Shown here: one piece after another, positions 48,271 to 58,162 of the stretch
How the letters are laid out: each line of letters opens with the position of its first letter
How positions within the stretch are numbered: position 1 is the first letter of the stretch
DNA from: an uncultured Aminicenantes bacterium
GTDB lineage: Bacteria > Acidobacteriota > Aminicenantia > UBA2199
Direction: 5' to 3'
Assembly (NCBI GenBank): GCA_965195285.1
Contig: CBDAFS010000012.1
Span: 70,421-134,420 of the forward strand
DNA length: 64,000 bases
Made by a program: the position numbers and the translations under genes
The notes under the pieces: generated by a model
The model's database searches: none
What the model was told of the DNA's origin: nothing
The model's input: only the letters and a program-made list of their open reading frames with translations

Positions 48271-49215
48271 ATGAAGGTGGATGCAATACATCAAGAGATG
48301 CGGGGGGTGGTGATGCAGCAGAGAGAACGCTGGCGGTTGTTCCCCACTCGCTCGGGATTGATCGGACTGGTCATACTCGTGGCCATGTTCATTGCCAGTA
48401 TGAACTATGGCAATACCCTGGCTTATGTGCTCTGTTTTTTTATTCTGAGTGTAATGACGGTTTCTTCTGTTTATACGCAATATAATTTATCCGGATTGCA
48501 GATTAAATCAATTCAAGCCCAGCCGGTGTTTGCCGGCGGTAACGTTCTTTTCAGGATCGACATTCGAAATGGATCCAGTATGGAACGGGTAGCGGTATTC
48601 ATGGCCTCACCGGACTGCCACAATCCTGGTGATTATGTGGGTCCTTTTTCTTTTCCACCCCGTATGATCACTTCAATTGATTTCTCCATGCCCGCTCCCC
48701 GGAGGGGATTGCATACCCTGTACTCAATTACCATGGAGACCGTTTATCCACTGGGTCTGTTTCGAAAATGGGGGCTGATTCCGGTCAACCAAGAATATCT
48801 GGTTTTCCCCAGACCAGCAGGACTCCGATCATGGCCACCTCCTCTGACCATGTGGTTTGAAAATGTGGAGGGATTTCACTTCAGCGGAGGAGATGACTTT
48901 ACCGGTCTCCGGTCCTACCGGCCGGGTGAGCCCCAGCACCATATTGATTGGAAGGCCTATGCCCGCGGGCGCCCTCTCAGCATCAAGGAGTTTTCCGGTG
49001 GAGGTTCGTTTCAACAGTGGTTCGAATGGTCGGTGTTATCTCAGATGTCGACCGAAGACCGCTTATCCCAGTTGACACGCTGGGTGCTGGAGGCAGACCA
49101 GCATGGCAAGGAATTCGGACTCAGGCTGCCGGGAATGGAGATAGAACCGGATTCTTCCAGCCTCCATACCCTGAGATGCCTGAAAGAATTGGCTATTTTT
49201 GATGACAAACGATGA
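48271..49215 (+). CDS. DUF58 domain protein
   Basis: DUF58 core (DFTGLRSYRPGEPQHHIDWKAYARG); N-terminal TM helices. Confidence 0.8.
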   Translation: MKVDAIHQEMRGVVMQQRERWRLFPTRSGLIGLVILVAMFIASMNYGNTLAYVLCFFILSVMTVSSVYTQYNLSGLQIKSIQAQPVFAGGNVLFRIDIRNGSSMERVAVFMASPDCHNPGDYVGPFSFPPRMITSIDFSMPAPRRGLHTLYSITMETVYPLGLFRKWGLIPVNQEYLVFPRPAGLRSWPPPLTMWFENVEGFHFSGGDDFTGLRSYRPGEPQHHIDWKAYARGRPLSIKEFSGGGSFQQWFEWSVLSQMSTEDRLSQLTRWVLEADQHGKEFGLRLPGMEIEPDSSSLHTLRCLKELAIFDDKR

Positions 49216-51239
49216 AACTGGCGAATATACTGCTCTCCCCTGAGCTTCCGATTTCCCGAAGGGATCTGGGCCGTCTGATTTTTTGTCTTCTGGTTGTGGT
49301 TTTGTTTTTAATTTCCAATACTCCGCTCTGGGCCATCGCGGGTTGTTTCCTGGTGGTTCTGTGGAGGTACTATCTGATGGTCCGGGAAAAACCGCTCCCC
49401 CCCCGCAGCTTACGTCTGGTTTTGACTATTGCGGCTTTTATAGCCATTTACATTCACTACCGCTCTTTTCTGGGCCGGGATCCGGGTATTACCGCCCTGG
49501 TGTTGCTTTCGGCCCTGAAGCTTATTGAACTTAAATCCATTCGCGATTTTCTGGTGGTGATTTTTTTATGTTATTTTCTGGTTCTGGGTGTTTGTCTATA
49601 TAATCAATCGATGTTATCCATGGCATTGATGTTGGTGATGGCTGTGGGATTGACGTCCATTGTTCTGGGGGTCAATCATCCGGTCCTAGCGGAGCAGCGA
49701 AAGGCTTTCGGTAGTTTGAAACAATCGTTCAAACTGGTCCTGTTATCGCTTCCCCTGGTGGTCGTTCTTTTTTTATTATTTCCCAGAAGTTCGGGGCCGT
49801 TATGGGACCTCCCCCAGGGAGGAACCGGATTCGGACGGTCGGGATTCAGTGAGGTTATCCGCCCGGGTTATATTGCCTGGCTGGCTCAGTCCGACGAGAC
49901 CGCTTTCAGGGTGACTTTTCCCGATAACAATATGCCCCCTTATTCAGATCTTTACTTTCGGGGGCTGGTACTCTGGTTTACCGATGGGCAAGCCTGGTTT
50001 CACGGGTTTTTCCCCTATCGGAATCCCTCCCGAATACCGGTTCCCGGAAATGCCATTCACCAGGAAATCCTTCTGGAACCCCATTACAGCCGGTATCTGT
50101 TTGCTCTGGACAGGCCGGTGGTTTTCCCTTCCTGGGCAGGTCAGTTACCGGGATGGAGTTTTCGAACCAAGAAACCGGTTGAAAGGCATTTGCGGTATTC
50201 GGTTTATTCGGTTCTGCCTGTCAACTCGCCTTCAACCCTGCATCCGGCAACCAGAAAATGGGCCCTTCAGCTTCCTAAAAAATTGAACCCGCGGATCATA
50301 CAACTGGGCAGAAATTTCCGACTGACTTCAGCCAATGACCGGAAAATTTTAAATGCGGTTTTGCATTATTTCAGTGATCCTGCCTTTGAGTATACCCTGA
50401 ATCCCGGTTTTTTAAATCGCGATGATCCGATCGGAGATTTTCTGTTCAGAAGCCGTAAGGGATTCTGTGAACATTTTGCCTCGGCTTTTGCCCTGTTGAT
50501 GAGGATTGCCGGTGTTCCCGCCCGGGTAGTGGTGGGTTTCCACGGTGGGAAGTATAATCCCATCGGGAAATACCTGGAACTGCGCCGGGCCGATGCCCAT
50601 GCTTGGGCTGAAGTGTGGATTGAAACAAGAGGTTGGCAACGTATCGATCCCACGGCTGTGGTATCACCGGAGCGGATCGAATACGGGGCGGAAATCACCA
50701 ACTCTATTTCATCTCTGGGCTTGGTTTCCGATGCCGAGCGGTCGGAAATGATTCGGCGGAGACTGAACAAGAATTTTCTGAGCAAGGTCTGGGAAACCAT
50801 TGAAAATATCTGGGATAACCTGAATAGCAATTGGAATTACTGGGTGATCAGTTTTGACCAGGACCAGCAGAAAAGTTTTCTGGAAGATATTGGCTTGGTG
50901 GATTTAAGCGGTTTCACCATGGTCTTTTTGGTGGTTTTTTTGGCCGGGGTTCTCTTAAGCCTGGTTTCTCAAATTTTCAAACGCCGTTCTTTCAGACCGG
51001 AACCCCTGATGAAAATCTATTATCGGTTCTGTCAAAAAATGGAGAGAAAGGGATTGAAACGCCGCCGGTGGGAAGGCCCCCTGGATTTTAAAAACCGCAT
51101 CATCCGGAAATTCCCTGAAAGCCGGGAGACTGTTGAAGCCATCATTTATCTGTATATTGCCATGAGGTATGGAACCCGGTCACCGTCAAAGCAAAGATTG
51201 AATAAGATGAAACAGCACCTGCGCCAGTTAACCCTTTAA
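49212..51239 (+). CDS. transglutaminase-like (TgpA-type) membrane protein
   Basis: N-terminal multi-TM DUF3488-like region, TGc core GFCEHFASAFALLMRIAGVPARVVVGF (catalytic Cys), C-terminal TM + DUF4129-like tail. Confidence 0.8.
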   Translation: MKLANILLSPELPISRRDLGRLIFCLLVVVLFLISNTPLWAIAGCFLVVLWRYYLMVREKPLPPRSLRLVLTIAAFIAIYIHYRSFLGRDPGITALVLLSALKLIELKSIRDFLVVIFLCYFLVLGVCLYNQSMLSMALMLVMAVGLTSIVLGVNHPVLAEQRKAFGSLKQSFKLVLLSLPLVVVLFLLFPRSSGPLWDLPQGGTGFGRSGFSEVIRPGYIAWLAQSDETAFRVTFPDNNMPPYSDLYFRGLVLWFTDGQAWFHGFFPYRNPSRIPVPGNAIHQEILLEPHYSRYLFALDRPVVFPSWAGQLPGWSFRTKKPVERHLRYSVYSVLPVNSPSTLHPATRKWALQLPKKLNPRIIQLGRNFRLTSANDRKILNAVLHYFSDPAFEYTLNPGFLNRDDPIGDFLFRSRKGFCEHFASAFALLMRIAGVPARVVVGFHGGKYNPIGKYLELRRADAHAWAEVWIETRGWQRIDPTAVVSPERIEYGAEITNSISSLGLVSDAERSEMIRRRLNKNFLSKVWETIENIWDNLNSNWNYWVISFDQDQQKSFLEDIGLVDLSGFTMVFLVVFLAGVLLSLVSQIFKRRSFRPEPLMKIYYRFCQKMERKGLKRRRWEGPLDFKNRIIRKFPESRETVEAIIYLYIAMRYGTRSPSKQRLNKMKQHLRQLTL

Positions 51240-52145
51240 TCCGGATTTGTTCTTAAAAATGCCCTTGAGGGTATCATATTTTTCCAGCAGGATTCCCCCC
51301 ACGATCAATAATAGACCGACAAATGAGGAGAATAGAATTTTTTCTCCCACCAGTTGATGAATGAAAATCAGAGAAATGAAGGGCATGATATATATCAGGA
51401 TGCTGATTTTGGCTGTGGTTTCTGATAATTTCAGGGCTTTTAACCAGAAGTAGAAGGTGATGCCCATTTCAAAAAGTCCGGTATAGATGGCACCGGCTAT
51501 CCCCTCTATTTCAGGAATCCGGATCGGATGGAATAGGATGAAGTAAATAAAAACAAAAAGAGTACCGAAGCAAAAGTTCAAAAACAGGCGGATCAGGGGA
51601 TCTCTGTGATCCCGTGTGGTGATTAACCAGTAGAGGGACCACAGGACCGAACTGCCCAGGGCCAGGGATATGCCCAGGGGATTTTTGATTTGCAGTAGAG
51701 CCAGTTGCCCTTCGGTGGAGATCACAATGACCCCGGCAAAGCTGATAAAAATGGCAACCAATGTACGGACTTTTACCTTTTGTTTCAGGATGGGGATGGC
51801 CAGAATAACCATGACAATCCCCCAGATCAGGTTCAGAGGTTGGGCCTGCTGGGCCGGGAGTAGTGAATAGGCCTTGAACACAAAAAGGTAATACAGAAAC
51901 GGGCTCAAAAACCCCATTAAGATGGATAGACCCAGATCATGACGGTTCAGGGCCTTTAACAATCCGGTTTTTTTCTGGGCGATCAAAATAAAATAAAGCA
52001 ATAGGGTTGAAACCAGGGTAGATATCATTAGTAGCTCAATATAACTCAGATATCGCAGAGTGATTTTAAATACCGAGGCCACCGTAGACCAGAATAGTAT
52101 GGAAAGGAAGGCATAAAAATAACTTTTTTTCTGGTTGGTGACCAT
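51228..52145 (-). CDS. DMT-superfamily (EamA-type) transporter
   Basis: 10 TM, two EamA repeats; 5 bp downstream of decarboxylase gene. Confidence 0.7.
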   Translation of the reverse strand: MVTNQKKSYFYAFLSILFWSTVASVFKITLRYLSYIELLMISTLVSTLLLYFILIAQKKTGLLKALNRHDLGLSILMGFLSPFLYYLFVFKAYSLLPAQQAQPLNLIWGIVMVILAIPILKQKVKVRTLVAIFISFAGVIVISTEGQLALLQIKNPLGISLALGSSVLWSLYWLITTRDHRDPLIRLFLNFCFGTLFVFIYFILFHPIRIPEIEGIAGAIYTGLFEMGITFYFWLKALKLSETTAKISILIYIMPFISLIFIHQLVGEKILFSSFVGLLLIVGGILLEKYDTLKGIFKNKSGLKG

Positions 52146-52150
52146 GGGTT

Positions 52151-53572
52151 TCAGCGGTTCAGCTTCTCGGCCATGTTTCGGATAATCTCCCAGGCCCGGT
52201 CAACATGTTTTTTTTCAATCCGGGTCTGACCGATAACCAGACGCAGGGTGTATTTCCCATTGAGCTTGGTATGGGTCAGGTATATTTTATTTGATTTGTT
52301 GATGCTTTCCAACAGGGTCGTATTTATCCGGTTCAGAATTTCCTCATCATCTATTCCCCGGGGATGGTATCTGAAACAGAGGGTGGCCAGGGGTACCGGG
52401 GCCAACATTTCAAAATTTTCCGATTTGCTGATTTCCACTTCCAGCTCCCGGGCCCAGCGGATATGGTCCCTGATCTTTTCCTGAAGCCCCGTAACCCCGA
52501 AATGACGGATGACAAACCACAGTTTCAGGGCCCGGAATCTTCTACCCAGCTGAATTCCCCAGTCCCGGTAGTTGTTGACCCGCTGGTCTTCCGGGGTTTT
52601 TAAATATTCCGGTGAAATTTCAAAGGTCCGGATCAGGGATTCAGAGCTCTTTACAAAATAAGCCGAACAATCAAAATTGGTGAACATCCATTTGTGGGGA
52701 TTGAATACAAAGCTGTCCACCTGCTCCATACCCTCGATCATCCAGCGATTCTCCGGGAGCAGGAGTGCGGTACCGGCATAGGCAGCATCTACATGGAGCC
52801 AGATATTATACTTGCGGGCGATGCGGGCGATGGGTTTAAGGGGGTCGATAGCAGTGGAGCCGGTGGTGCCGATGGCTGCCACTATGGCCAGCGGGTTGTG
52901 GCCGTGGTCCAGATCCTCGGTGATGGCTTGCTCCAGGGCCTGGGGAATCATGGCCTGTTGCTCATCCACCCTGATTTTCCGGAGGTTGTTCTTGCCGATT
53001 CCGGCGATTTTCACATCTTTTTCAATTGAAGAGTGACTCTCCCGGGAACAGTATACCCTGAATGTTTTCTTCCCGAACAGTCCCTGCTCATTGGTTTTGA
53101 AATCAGAATGCTGTTCCCGTGCCGTTAATAATGCACACAGGGTAGCGGTTGAAGCCGTGTCTTGAATGACCCCGGAAAAATATTCCGGGATTCCGATCAT
53201 CCCCCCCAGCCATTGCATTAACCTCTCTTCCAGCTCGGCAGCAGCCGGGGAGGTCACCCAGCTCATACACTGGGCGCCCATGGTGGCGGTCAACATCTCA
53301 GCCAAAATGGAGGGGCAGCTGTTGTTGGCGTTAAAATAGGCAAAAAACCCGGGATGTTGCCAGTGCGTCATTCCGGGCAGGATGATGGTCTTGAAATCGT
53401 TTAAAATTGTGTCCATGGATTCACCCTGCAGGGGGGGGTGTTCCGGAAGGTTCCGGATAACCTCACCGGGTTTCAGCCGGGATTTTACCGGATATTGTTC
53501 AATATTCTCAAGATATTCTGCCATCCAGTCCACCATTTCATGGGCATATTTTTTGAATTCTTCGATATTCAT
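52151..53572 (-). CDS. PLP-dependent aromatic-L-amino-acid decarboxylase (group II, DDC/TyrDC family)
   Basis: Conserved group II decarboxylase blocks incl. NPHKWMFTNFDCSAYFV (PLP-Lys region), 473 aa. Confidence 0.8.
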   Translation of the reverse strand: MNIEEFKKYAHEMVDWMAEYLENIEQYPVKSRLKPGEVIRNLPEHPPLQGESMDTILNDFKTIILPGMTHWQHPGFFAYFNANNSCPSILAEMLTATMGAQCMSWVTSPAAAELEERLMQWLGGMIGIPEYFSGVIQDTASTATLCALLTAREQHSDFKTNEQGLFGKKTFRVYCSRESHSSIEKDVKIAGIGKNNLRKIRVDEQQAMIPQALEQAITEDLDHGHNPLAIVAAIGTTGSTAIDPLKPIARIARKYNIWLHVDAAYAGTALLLPENRWMIEGMEQVDSFVFNPHKWMFTNFDCSAYFVKSSESLIRTFEISPEYLKTPEDQRVNNYRDWGIQLGRRFRALKLWFVIRHFGVTGLQEKIRDHIRWARELEVEISKSENFEMLAPVPLATLCFRYHPRGIDDEEILNRINTTLLESINKSNKIYLTHTKLNGKYTLRLVIGQTRIEKKHVDRAWEIIRNMAEKLNR

Positions 53573-53757
53573 CGTGTCTACTGATCGCTCCTTATTTTCT
53601 GATATTCACGCAATCATTGCGGAAGTCGGTGATTTATATTTTATCATTGATTGATATCGGGTTCAATCGGATTCAGCTGATTCCGGTATTATTGATTTCA
53701 GGGTTGGTTGAGGCAAGTTCTTTCTTTTTCGCTGATTCCGTAATATAATGACAAGTA

Positions 53758-55068
53758 ATGTCAACCGGATACGGTAGTAAAATTTATAGAAAAAGAAAAA
53801 ACCGCATGATTCCCGTACTGGTATTCACAGTGTTACTGGCGGCCATTTTATTTTTGAGATTATTCGTGGCAAAGACAGCCCGGTCGAATACCCCGGAAAG
53901 GGCTAAAATTAAAAATGAACAGAGCCTGATTTCCGAACCAGGCCCAGAAGATAAAAACCTTATTCAGTACCACTCCCGGCTATCCGGACCTGATGGGAAA
54001 GAAGCGGAATCTTTCCGGAAATCTGACGGGATGACTGACGGCCATCCGGCTGATGGTCAGCAGGAGGAGGCTGGTTTCAATGCGCAAATCGGGAACCAGC
54101 TTCTCCAGGCCCGTTCTTACTTCCGGCACCGACAATATCGAAAAGCGCTCGAACTTTTTGAATCCATTGAAGGATCAGCTGAAAATTACTGGGTTGAAAT
54201 GGGCCAGTGCCATTATTTCCTGGAAGATTTTAAGAATGCCCGGCTGTATTTTCAGAGGGCATTGCTGAGTCAGCCGGATGATTTCGCGGCTAAGAAATTT
54301 ATGGCTTTTACCTGCTATCACCTGGATCAGCTTGAAACCAGCCTGCAATTTGCCCGGGAAGCCCTTGTCATAAGCCCGGACAAAGAACTTCAGGCTTTCA
54401 TATCCAGGCTTGGCAGAGAAGTGGACCTGATGAAGGGGTATGCGGATAAACAAACACCCAATTTTAAAATCATTTTCAGCCGCAGTGAACATGGTGATAT
54501 CAAACACACGGTCATTGATATTCTGAATAATGCCTACCGCACCATCGGGAAAAAATTGGGACATTTTCCGGAGAAAACCATCTCGGTTGTACTTTATAAT
54601 GAACGGCTTTTTTTTGATATCACCCGGGCCCCGGCCTGGGCGGGTGGTTTGTTTGATGGGAAAATCAGAATCCCGATCAAGGGAATCAGGGGCCGGGAAG
54701 AATTACTCAAGAGGGTGCTCTTTCACGAATATACCCATGCCCTGGTTCATGATCTGACTCCCAGCTGTCCGTTATGGATCAATGAAGGTCTGGCTGAATA
54801 TTTTTCCGCCCGGTATCCGAAAGTCATTGGCCAGGTGATCCCCCTGACTCAATTGGCAAAGGGATTTTCATTCCGGGATTCGAGAATGGTGGCCCTGGCC
54901 TACCTGGAGAGTTATTCGGCTATCTCTTTTTTAATTTCAAAATTCGGCATGTACCGGATCCGGGAATTGCTGGAAGCCCTGGGTAAGGGAAGCGATTTCC
55001 CCGAGGCTTTTGAAACGGTTTTTCTGATCCGTTACGAAAAATTTCTGAAAACCTGGGGCAAATACTGA
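53758..55068 (+). CDS. membrane-anchored TPR-repeat protein with C-terminal peptidase-MA-like (HExxH...EGLAEY) domain
   Basis: N-terminal TM, TPR-like repeats, HEYTHALVH + 19 aa + NEGLAEYF gluzincin signature; true start may be internal Met at 53806. Confidence 0.55.
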   Translation: MSTGYGSKIYRKRKNRMIPVLVFTVLLAAILFLRLFVAKTARSNTPERAKIKNEQSLISEPGPEDKNLIQYHSRLSGPDGKEAESFRKSDGMTDGHPADGQQEEAGFNAQIGNQLLQARSYFRHRQYRKALELFESIEGSAENYWVEMGQCHYFLEDFKNARLYFQRALLSQPDDFAAKKFMAFTCYHLDQLETSLQFAREALVISPDKELQAFISRLGREVDLMKGYADKQTPNFKIIFSRSEHGDIKHTVIDILNNAYRTIGKKLGHFPEKTISVVLYNERLFFDITRAPAWAGGLFDGKIRIPIKGIRGREELLKRVLFHEYTHALVHDLTPSCPLWINEGLAEYFSARYPKVIGQVIPLTQLAKGFSFRDSRMVALAYLESYSAISFLISKFGMYRIRELLEALGKGSDFPEAFETVFLIRYEKFLKTWGKY

Positions 55069-55072
55069 ATCC

Positions 55073-55714
55073 ATGACTGCGGATCCGGGAATGTATTTCA
55101 CTGTGAACAAAAATACCGGACCCCGGGAGATCAGGGAAAAGGGATCCCGATTTATCGCTTTTTTATATCCGGTCAAGGGTGATTTCCAGGCTTCCAAAAT
55201 TAGGAGGGACCTTTGGAAAAAACATCATGATTCCACCCATATCTGCTGGTCCTACCGGATATTTGACCCGGATGCGGAGAGATTCCGTTATGGTGATGAC
55301 GGTGAACCCAGCGGGACTGCCGGGATGCCGATATATTATGAAATCAAGGGCCGGGAATATTTTAATGTCCTGTTGGTGGTGATCCGCTATTTTGGGGGAG
55401 TAAAGCTGGGAACCGGCGGTCTGGCCAAGGCTTATGCCCGGGCAGCCCGGGAGGTTCTGGCTGTTTCTCAGCCCATGGTCCAGTATGTCAGACAGAAGGT
55501 CTCGGTTTTATTTCCCTTTGGATTCACCGGTGAGATGCGACAGTTGATCCAGCAATTTTCCCTGGAAATTGTCGAGCAGGAATACACTTCAGATGGGGTC
55601 CGGATGCTTCTGGAAATCCCCCTGGTTCGACTGGAGGAAGTGAAGAGAGAATTGATTGAAAGGAGCCGGGGTTTGGTGAGATTGAAAATTGAACCGACTG
55701 GAACCGTCGAATGA
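55073..55714 (+). CDS. yigZ: YigZ/IMPACT-family protein (UPF0029)
   Basis: GSRFIA and H.C.AYR motifs of IMPACT N-domain; 213 aa. Confidence 0.7.
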   Translation: MTADPGMYFTVNKNTGPREIREKGSRFIAFLYPVKGDFQASKIRRDLWKKHHDSTHICWSYRIFDPDAERFRYGDDGEPSGTAGMPIYYEIKGREYFNVLLVVIRYFGGVKLGTGGLAKAYARAAREVLAVSQPMVQYVRQKVSVLFPFGFTGEMRQLIQQFSLEIVEQEYTSDGVRMLLEIPLVRLEEVKRELIERSRGLVRLKIEPTGTVE

Positions 55715-57076
55715 TCATTTTTTTATACTTTTCTCAACCAGGATATCCCATTGTTTCAGTTTTCGTTTCAGGGTGGATAGGCTTAAACCCAGAGCTTCGG
55801 CAGTCCGCGTCTTGTTGTATTGAGAACGCTTGAGCACATCCAGAACATAGTCACGGATGTAAAGGTCCAGGGGGATGATCTTTTTTTCCAGGATCAGGGT
55901 TTCCGGGGATTCCCCAATGGCCGGTTCGATTTCATCGCCTAAACTATGGTAAATCAGTTTTTTCTCCAGGCGATTTCTCAATTCCCGGACATTTCCTTTC
56001 CAGTGGAAGTTTTTCAGGTTTTCGAAAGACAAAGGAGGGGTCAACTTCTTCTTGCCCATTTTCAATATAAGTTTATTCCATAGATGTTTGGCAATAAGGG
56101 GAATGTCCTCCTTTCTTTCTCTCAAAGGGGGAATGACAATATTAAATACGGCTATCCTGAAGTATAGATCCTCCCGGAAACGTTTGGCATCGACTTCGGT
56201 TTTCAAGTGTTTATTGGTTGAAGCCAGGATGCGAACATCGACGTTGACTTCTTTGATTCCTCCCAGTTTGATATAAGAACCCTCTTCCAGGACCCGTAAC
56301 AATTTGGCCTGGAATTCAATGGGCATTTCCCCGATTTCATCCAGGTGTAAGATACCGAAATTGGCCATTTCAAAGAATCCGGGTTTTTCTTTATAGGCCC
56401 CGGTAAAAGCTCCTTTTTCATATCCGAAAAATTCCGATTCAAACAGGTTTTCAGGAATGGAAGCGCAGTTGACGCTGATAAATTGTTTGTCACTTCGGCT
56501 GCTCTCCAAAAAAATATTCCTGGCTATGAGTTCTTTGCCGGTTCCGGTCTCACCTTCAATCAAAACCGGACTGTCAGACTGGCTAATCAGACTGATCATT
56601 TTTCTGATTTTAACCATTTCCGGACTTTGTCCGATTATTTTATAGGCTGTCTTTTGATATGATCCCAGTACCTGCTGGGAATATTCCAGTTGAAACAGAC
56701 GGTTGGCGTTCTGGATTCTTTTCAATAGTTTTTCCAGGTCTATGGGCTTTTCAAGAAAATCAAATGCCCCTTTGCGGATATATTCGTTTATCCGTTGATC
56801 TGATCCGTAAGCGGTCATCAGGATCATCTTGGTCTTTATATTTTTCTTCATTATGTGCTCGGAAATGGAGGTACCCTCTCCATCCGGCAATTTCTTGTCT
56901 ACCAGGGCCACATGAATGGTGTGGTGCTCCAGATACCGGATGGCCTCATCGCATCGCTCGGCTGCATATACCCGATAGCCTTTGGATTCCAGAAAATCCT
57001 TCAATGAAGAAGCCAGCAGTTTATCATCTTCGGCCAGCAGCAAGGGGATCAGTTCTTTATTTGAGATTGAATTCAT
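55715..57076 (-). CDS. NtrC-family sigma-54-dependent response regulator (REC-AAA+-HTH)
   Basis: REC (LLAEDD...D), GETGTGKE, GAFTGA, ESEFFGY, C-terminal HTH; 4-bp overlap with upstream histidine kinase. Confidence 0.85.
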   Translation of the reverse strand: MNSISNKELIPLLLAEDDKLLASSLKDFLESKGYRVYAAERCDEAIRYLEHHTIHVALVDKKLPDGEGTSISEHIMKKNIKTKMILMTAYGSDQRINEYIRKGAFDFLEKPIDLEKLLKRIQNANRLFQLEYSQQVLGSYQKTAYKIIGQSPEMVKIRKMISLISQSDSPVLIEGETGTGKELIARNIFLESSRSDKQFISVNCASIPENLFESEFFGYEKGAFTGAYKEKPGFFEMANFGILHLDEIGEMPIEFQAKLLRVLEEGSYIKLGGIKEVNVDVRILASTNKHLKTEVDAKRFREDLYFRIAVFNIVIPPLRERKEDIPLIAKHLWNKLILKMGKKKLTPPLSFENLKNFHWKGNVRELRNRLEKKLIYHSLGDEIEPAIGESPETLILEKKIIPLDLYIRDYVLDVLKRSQYNKTRTAEALGLSLSTLKRKLKQWDILVEKSIKK

Positions 57077-58143
57077 TTTATTGTTTTATTGGGAATATAT
57101 ATTCCGAACTTGGCTCCCTTTCCGCTCTCCGGTTGCTCGGCCCTGATGGTGCCTCCCATGCGGGTCATCAGTTTCAGAGAAATGGAAAGTCCGATACCGC
57201 CCCCCCGATCCTTGGTGGTGTAGAAGGGGGAAAATATTTTTTCCATCACTTCTTCCGGGATCGGGGGCCCATTATTCCGGTATACCAGCTTGATATAGTA
57301 TTCATCTATGCTTTCTATATAGAGCTTGATTTCTCCACCACTTTCAAGAATTTGAATTGAGTTTTTCAACAGATTCAGGATGATTTGAAAGAAAGCCACT
57401 TCATCAATGGAGGCGAAAATGTCATCCTTAACCAGGTTTCTGAATCGGATACTTTTCTGTTTTAGAATTTCCTGGTTTTGATGATACAGATCATCGATGA
57501 TGGATTTTAAATCGATGGTCTTCAATTCCAGTTTGCTCTCATTGGAGATATCCCGGATGCGTTTCAAAAAAACGGACAGTCGGTTGATTTCATTGATGGT
57601 TCTTTCGATATACGTATTGATTTTTTCCTGGGGCCAGCTGGCCATGTTGAGCTGCAATACCTGTAGGCTCATGCTGATCCCGGCCAGAGGATTGCCGATT
57701 TCATGGGAAATTTCTGCCACCAGTTCTGAAAATTTATTGTAAAACAGGTTTTCCTGTTTGGACTGGATGTAAATGGATTTGGAGGCAATTTCACTCAACA
57801 ATACCGCGATGAGCTCTCCGGAAATCCGGTAGATGGAAAACCCGAGTAAAAAAGTCTGGCCGTTGCTCTTGATTTGCAGATCCTGACTGAGATTAAGTTT
57901 CGGTTTCCGGTCAATATTGAACTCGGCATAATTGCATATATGTTCCAGAACCAATGATTCTTTGTTTTCAACCAGGGAGTGAAAAAATTGATTGGCAAAG
58001 AGCAGGTTTCTTTTTTTAAAATTAATGAAAAGAAAGCCGATATTGATTTTATCGAATATGGTTTTTAACTTGGAATAATTCCGGTTGATAAATGTTTCCA
58101 AATCGGTTGGGGAGGACTCCGGTTTTGGTATCAAAATTGCCAT
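57073..58143 (-). CDS. sensor histidine kinase (HisKA + HATPase_c); start uncertain (58143 or 58299)
   Basis: H-box EISHEIGNPL, N/G boxes (LLKNSIQ, DRGGGIGLSI); possible N-terminal TM spans the 58143 Met, so upstream start 58299 is possible but would overlap divergent gene. Confidence 0.7.
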   Translation of the reverse strand: MAILIPKPESSPTDLETFINRNYSKLKTIFDKINIGFLFINFKKRNLLFANQFFHSLVENKESLVLEHICNYAEFNIDRKPKLNLSQDLQIKSNGQTFLLGFSIYRISGELIAVLLSEIASKSIYIQSKQENLFYNKFSELVAEISHEIGNPLAGISMSLQVLQLNMASWPQEKINTYIERTINEINRLSVFLKRIRDISNESKLELKTIDLKSIIDDLYHQNQEILKQKSIRFRNLVKDDIFASIDEVAFFQIILNLLKNSIQILESGGEIKLYIESIDEYYIKLVYRNNGPPIPEEVMEKIFSPFYTTKDRGGGIGLSISLKLMTRMGGTIRAEQPESGKGAKFGIYIPNKTIK

Positions 58144-58162
58144 GATAAACCCAAAGGTAAAA

